Part shown: positions 33,612-36,220 of the stretch, piece after piece
Numbering within the stretch: position 1 is the stretch's first letter
Layout of the letters: each line of letters begins with the position of its first letter
Assembly: GCA_044869705.1 (NCBI GenBank)
Contig: JBIOXP010000377.1
Coordinates: forward strand, 1 to 36,220
Direction of reading: 5' to 3'
Length of the DNA: 36,220 nt
DNA from: Candidatus Binatia bacterium
Lineage (GTDB): Bacteria > Desulfobacterota > Binatia > UBA9968
Notes under the pieces: model-generated
Database searches by the model: none
What the model was told of the DNA's origin: nothing
The model's input: only the letters and a program-made list of their open reading frames with translations
Position numbers and translations under genes: made by a program

Positions 33612-34131
33612 GTTTCCCAGTCGCCGATTCTCCTCCTACAAAACGCCTGTTAAAGCTCTTTCGGTTTACGGCGGTCGGTGTCAGTCCGCCGTTCCGGTGA
33701 TTCTCACGTGTTTTTGATCGGGATCGAGGTGGACGTTTTTTCCCGCGAGTGCTTAGGCTTGGAAAGCAAGAGAAAGGTTTCCCGCTGACGCTGCCAACGA
33801 CCGGGTTCGAAATGACACAGAAGAGCGGTTGAGTTCGTCCAGGCATTCTGCGCCCGGTTTTGATCGCGTCGCGGCAATCGGAAACTTCTTCCAACTACCA
33901 ATGGTTGAAGCCCGTAATTTCCATACATAAGCTAACTCGTCGATTTTAAACGATAATTTTCAACTGAGCTCTTGCTTAAGGAGTTCATGCTCGATTATTA
34001 TTCACACGAGACGAGCGCAGCCCGCTGCAAATGACGCGCGTGCTAGCAAACTCAGCTCGCCATCGGCCGCGGTTGGGACTTTGGTCTCTATCCAGCTTGC
34101 GCCGTCAGGAAATCGCAACGAGGAGTTTTCC

Positions 34132-35298
34132 ATGCTCACCAAAGAAGAAAACGAGATGCTCACGCGTGTTGGACCGGGCACACCGGCGGGTGAACTGCTC
34201 CGGCGCTACTGGTTGCCCGTCGGGGTCGCAAGCGAGCTCACCGCCGACAGTCCCACACAAATCGTCAGAATTCTCGGCGAAACCTTGGTGCTGTTCCGCG
34301 ACAAGTCAGGCCGAGTGGGTTTGTTGGAAGATCGCTGTTCCCACCGCGCCGCATCACTCTCGTATGGACGGGTCGAGGAACGCGGCATCTCGTGCCCTTA
34401 TCACGGCTGGCTTTATGACACTCAGGGCAACTGCTTAGAAACACCGGCGGAGCCGCGTGAGAGCAAATTCTGTTTGACCGTCAAGCAGAAGGCGTATCCA
34501 GTGCAAAAGCTTGTGGGACTCTACTGGGCATATCTGGGTCCGGCTCCGGCTCCGGCGATCGCCAATTTCGATATCTGGTACAGAAAAGACGGTCGGCGAC
34601 AAATTTACATTCAGCCGCAACTCGACTGCAATTGGTTCCAAGCGATGGAGAATTCGATGGACCCGGCGCATCTGCAGATTCTCCATCAGGAGACCGCCAA
34701 TCGCGGCCGGCCGATAAAGGATAGCACGCGGGGCTTGACCGATGACGTCAAAGAATTCGATTTCTACGAAGTGCCCTACGGCTTGATGAAGCGCCGCACT
34801 TACAAAAACGGCATGATCGATGAGCACCCGGTGATTTTCCCCAACATTTTACGTCAAGGAAACGTCGGGCAGATTCGCGTGCCGATCGACGACACTCACA
34901 CGAAGATTTATTTTGTCCGGTTCTTTCCGAGCGAGAATGGCCAGGTCCTTGAGGACGACGACCCACCCGTGGAGTACATCAAGCCTTACAAGTATCCGCC
35001 TGATGCGCTGCATCCGTTCACGAGATTCCGCATGGATGCCGTGCAGGCGCAGGATCACATGGCCTGGGAAACTCAGGGCCCGATCGCCGATCGGACCACC
35101 GAGCGCCTGGCGACTTCCGATCGCGGCATTATTCTGCTCCGCCACGTCATGTTTCGCGAGATGAAAAAGGTTCAACAGCGCCAGGATCCGATGGGCATCG
35201 TTCGAGATCCGTCGAAGAATTCACTGATCGATACCCACCTGATGGAGTCCATCGCGCAAATCGGCGAAGATCGGGCGCCGCGGGCGGTCAACGAATAG
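34132..35298 (+). CDS. Rieske non-haem-iron oxygenase alpha subunit, paralogue 4
   Basis: The ATG at 34132 after GAGGAG aligns with the N-terminus of paralogue 3 (MLTKEENEMLTRVGPGTP vs MLTHDENKLLTQVGRGTP); the track ORF starts at 34081. Rieske motif CSHRAASLSYGRVEERGISCPYHGW, iron motif NWFQAMENSMDPAHLQILH. Confidence 0.9.
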   Translation: MLTKEENEMLTRVGPGTPAGELLRRYWLPVGVASELTADSPTQIVRILGETLVLFRDKSGRVGLLEDRCSHRAASLSYGRVEERGISCPYHGWLYDTQGNCLETPAEPRESKFCLTVKQKAYPVQKLVGLYWAYLGPAPAPAIANFDIWYRKDGRRQIYIQPQLDCNWFQAMENSMDPAHLQILHQETANRGRPIKDSTRGLTDDVKEFDFYEVPYGLMKRRTYKNGMIDEHPVIFPNILRQGNVGQIRVPIDDTHTKIYFVRFFPSENGQVLEDDDPPVEYIKPYKYPPDALHPFTRFRMDAVQAQDHMAWETQGPIADRTTERLATSDRGIILLRHVMFREMKKVQQRQDPMGIVRDPSKNSLIDTHLMESIAQIGEDRAPRAVNE

Positions 35299-35456
35299 CG
35301 GCGAATGACGCGCTTGCGTCACAGGGGCGCATGTTGCTTTTTCTCTCGATGCCTCGGTTCGAGCGCCGCATCCCCTCTCGCTTGCCCTTGTTTACCAGCA
35401 AGAATATGATCCAGTCGTTTCGCTCTCGCTGATCTACTGTCGTAAGGAAGAAAATT

Positions 35457-36191
35457 ATGGCCGATGTTTCGAAGTTACGCGCGCTCGTCGCGCAATCTTG
35501 TCGTGTTCTCGGCAAGCTCAGTCTCACCAAGGAGCCGAGCGGCCACGTGAGCGCACGCGTTCCCGGCGAGGAAAAAGTCTTGATCAAGGCACGCGGCCCG
35601 GAGGAGTCCGGCCTGCGCTTTGTTCAACCGCGCGATATCATCACCGTGGATTTCAGCGGCAACAAGATCGCCGGCGATGATGGCTTGGACACGCCGCAGG
35701 AAGTCTTCATTCACACCTGGCTCTACAAGACGCGTCCGGACGTGCAGTGCGTCGTGCACGTCCACCCGCTGAGCGTTGTGCTCTTCACGATTTGTAATAA
35801 GCCGCTACAACCCTTGTACGGCGCATACGATCCTTCGGGTCTGCGACTGCTGGTCGAAGGATTGGCGACCTACCCGTGCAGCATCACAGTATCAACCGAT
35901 CGGCTCGGTGAAGAATTCGCTGCCGCAATGGGGCAGAAACCGGCTTGCCTCATGCGCGGTCATGGGATCACCAGCGCCGGGGCGAGTGTCGAAGAGGCAA
36001 CGCTGACCGCGATCAAGCTGAACGATGCGGCAGTCATCAATTATCAGGCTGCACTTCTCGGTACACCACAACCGATTCCGCAGGAAGACATTGAATTTCT
36101 CGTCGGCAGAGCGCGTCCGGGCAGCAAGGCAATTCACGCCAACTCCAGTTGGCGCTACTACTGCAAGCTGCTCGATGAACAAGAAAGCTAA
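35457..36191 (+). CDS. class II aldolase/adducin N-terminal domain family protein
   Basis: 244 aa. SGHVSARVPGE..., the metal-binding VVHVHP, and MRGHGITSAG are typical of the FucA/AraD-like class II aldolase fold. AAGGAAG lies upstream of the ATG. Confidence 0.8.
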   Translation: MADVSKLRALVAQSCRVLGKLSLTKEPSGHVSARVPGEEKVLIKARGPEESGLRFVQPRDIITVDFSGNKIAGDDGLDTPQEVFIHTWLYKTRPDVQCVVHVHPLSVVLFTICNKPLQPLYGAYDPSGLRLLVEGLATYPCSITVSTDRLGEEFAAAMGQKPACLMRGHGITSAGASVEEATLTAIKLNDAAVINYQAALLGTPQPIPQEDIEFLVGRARPGSKAIHANSSWRYYCKLLDEQES

Positions 36192-36194
36192 CCC

Positions 36195-36220
36195 GTTCGA
36201 ATCGTTCGATCCGTTCAAGC
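36195..36220. repeat. 9-bp-periodic GTTCRA array, locus 3 (truncated by window end)
   Basis: Units at 36195 GTTCGAatc, 36204 GTTCGAtcc, 36213 GTTCAAgc... It begins 4 nt after the aldolase stop codon. Confidence 0.7.

Noticed and set aside
33803-33813. A T-loop-like GGGTTCGAAAT motif, suggesting a tRNA or tRNA fragment.
   Set aside because: The flanking bases do not form a T-stem, acceptor stem or anticodon arm.

Overview
This is a 36.2-kb chromosomal segment from a moderately GC-rich diderm bacterium, judged from a lipoprotein outer-membrane factor, a MacAB-type pump and an ECF sigma factor. I recognised no rRNA, CRISPR array, transposase or integrase. All functional calls come from motif recognition by eye and nothing was checked against a database.

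Left part (1-9.1 kb, mostly minus strand):
- a NitT/TauT-type ABC permease, a small excisionase-type HTH protein and a small lipoprotein;
- a macA-macB-OMF efflux operon whose macA is split by a 1-nt frameshift;
- a strong intrinsic terminator;
- an ECF sigma / anti-sigma / CnrX-Spy-like periplasmic sensor operon;
- an orphan protein with a Vsr/DUF559-like nuclease core motif.

Middle (9.2-16.9 kb):
- a stand-alone xanthine-dehydrogenase-family molybdopterin subunit plus an NMT1-type binding protein;
- tRNA-Val(CAC) and corA;
- about 3 kb of poorly coding DNA that holds a stand-alone receiver protein whose phospho-acceptor Asp is replaced by Glu.

Right half (16.97-36.2 kb, almost all plus strand) is a dense oxidative catabolic supercluster:
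- four paralogous Rieske non-haem-iron oxygenase alpha subunits, in two pairs;
- a second orphan molybdopterin subunit and a UbiD-family decarboxylase;
- a split ComD/ComE-like ThDP decarboxylase and a LigB-type extradiol dioxygenase;
- RraA/HMG-aldolase-like, DHDPS-family and class II aldolases;
- a PqqC/TenA-like protein, an SDR and a DUF2071 protein;
- NMT1-type and Bug/TctC-type binding proteins.
The cluster contains no reductase or ferredoxin, no FeS or FAD subunits for the Mo enzymes, no UbiX, no membrane transporter component and no transcription factor.

The most unusual DNA-level signal is an array of a 9-bp-periodic GTTCAA unit at three intergenic loci: 9082-9183 (an inverted pair of arrays), 21752-21793, and 36195 to the window end. 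Two other small dispersed repeat families sit at operon boundaries: GCAGCATGCTGC-core palindromes and TGTCATTCYGAGC...GCGARG hairpin elements.
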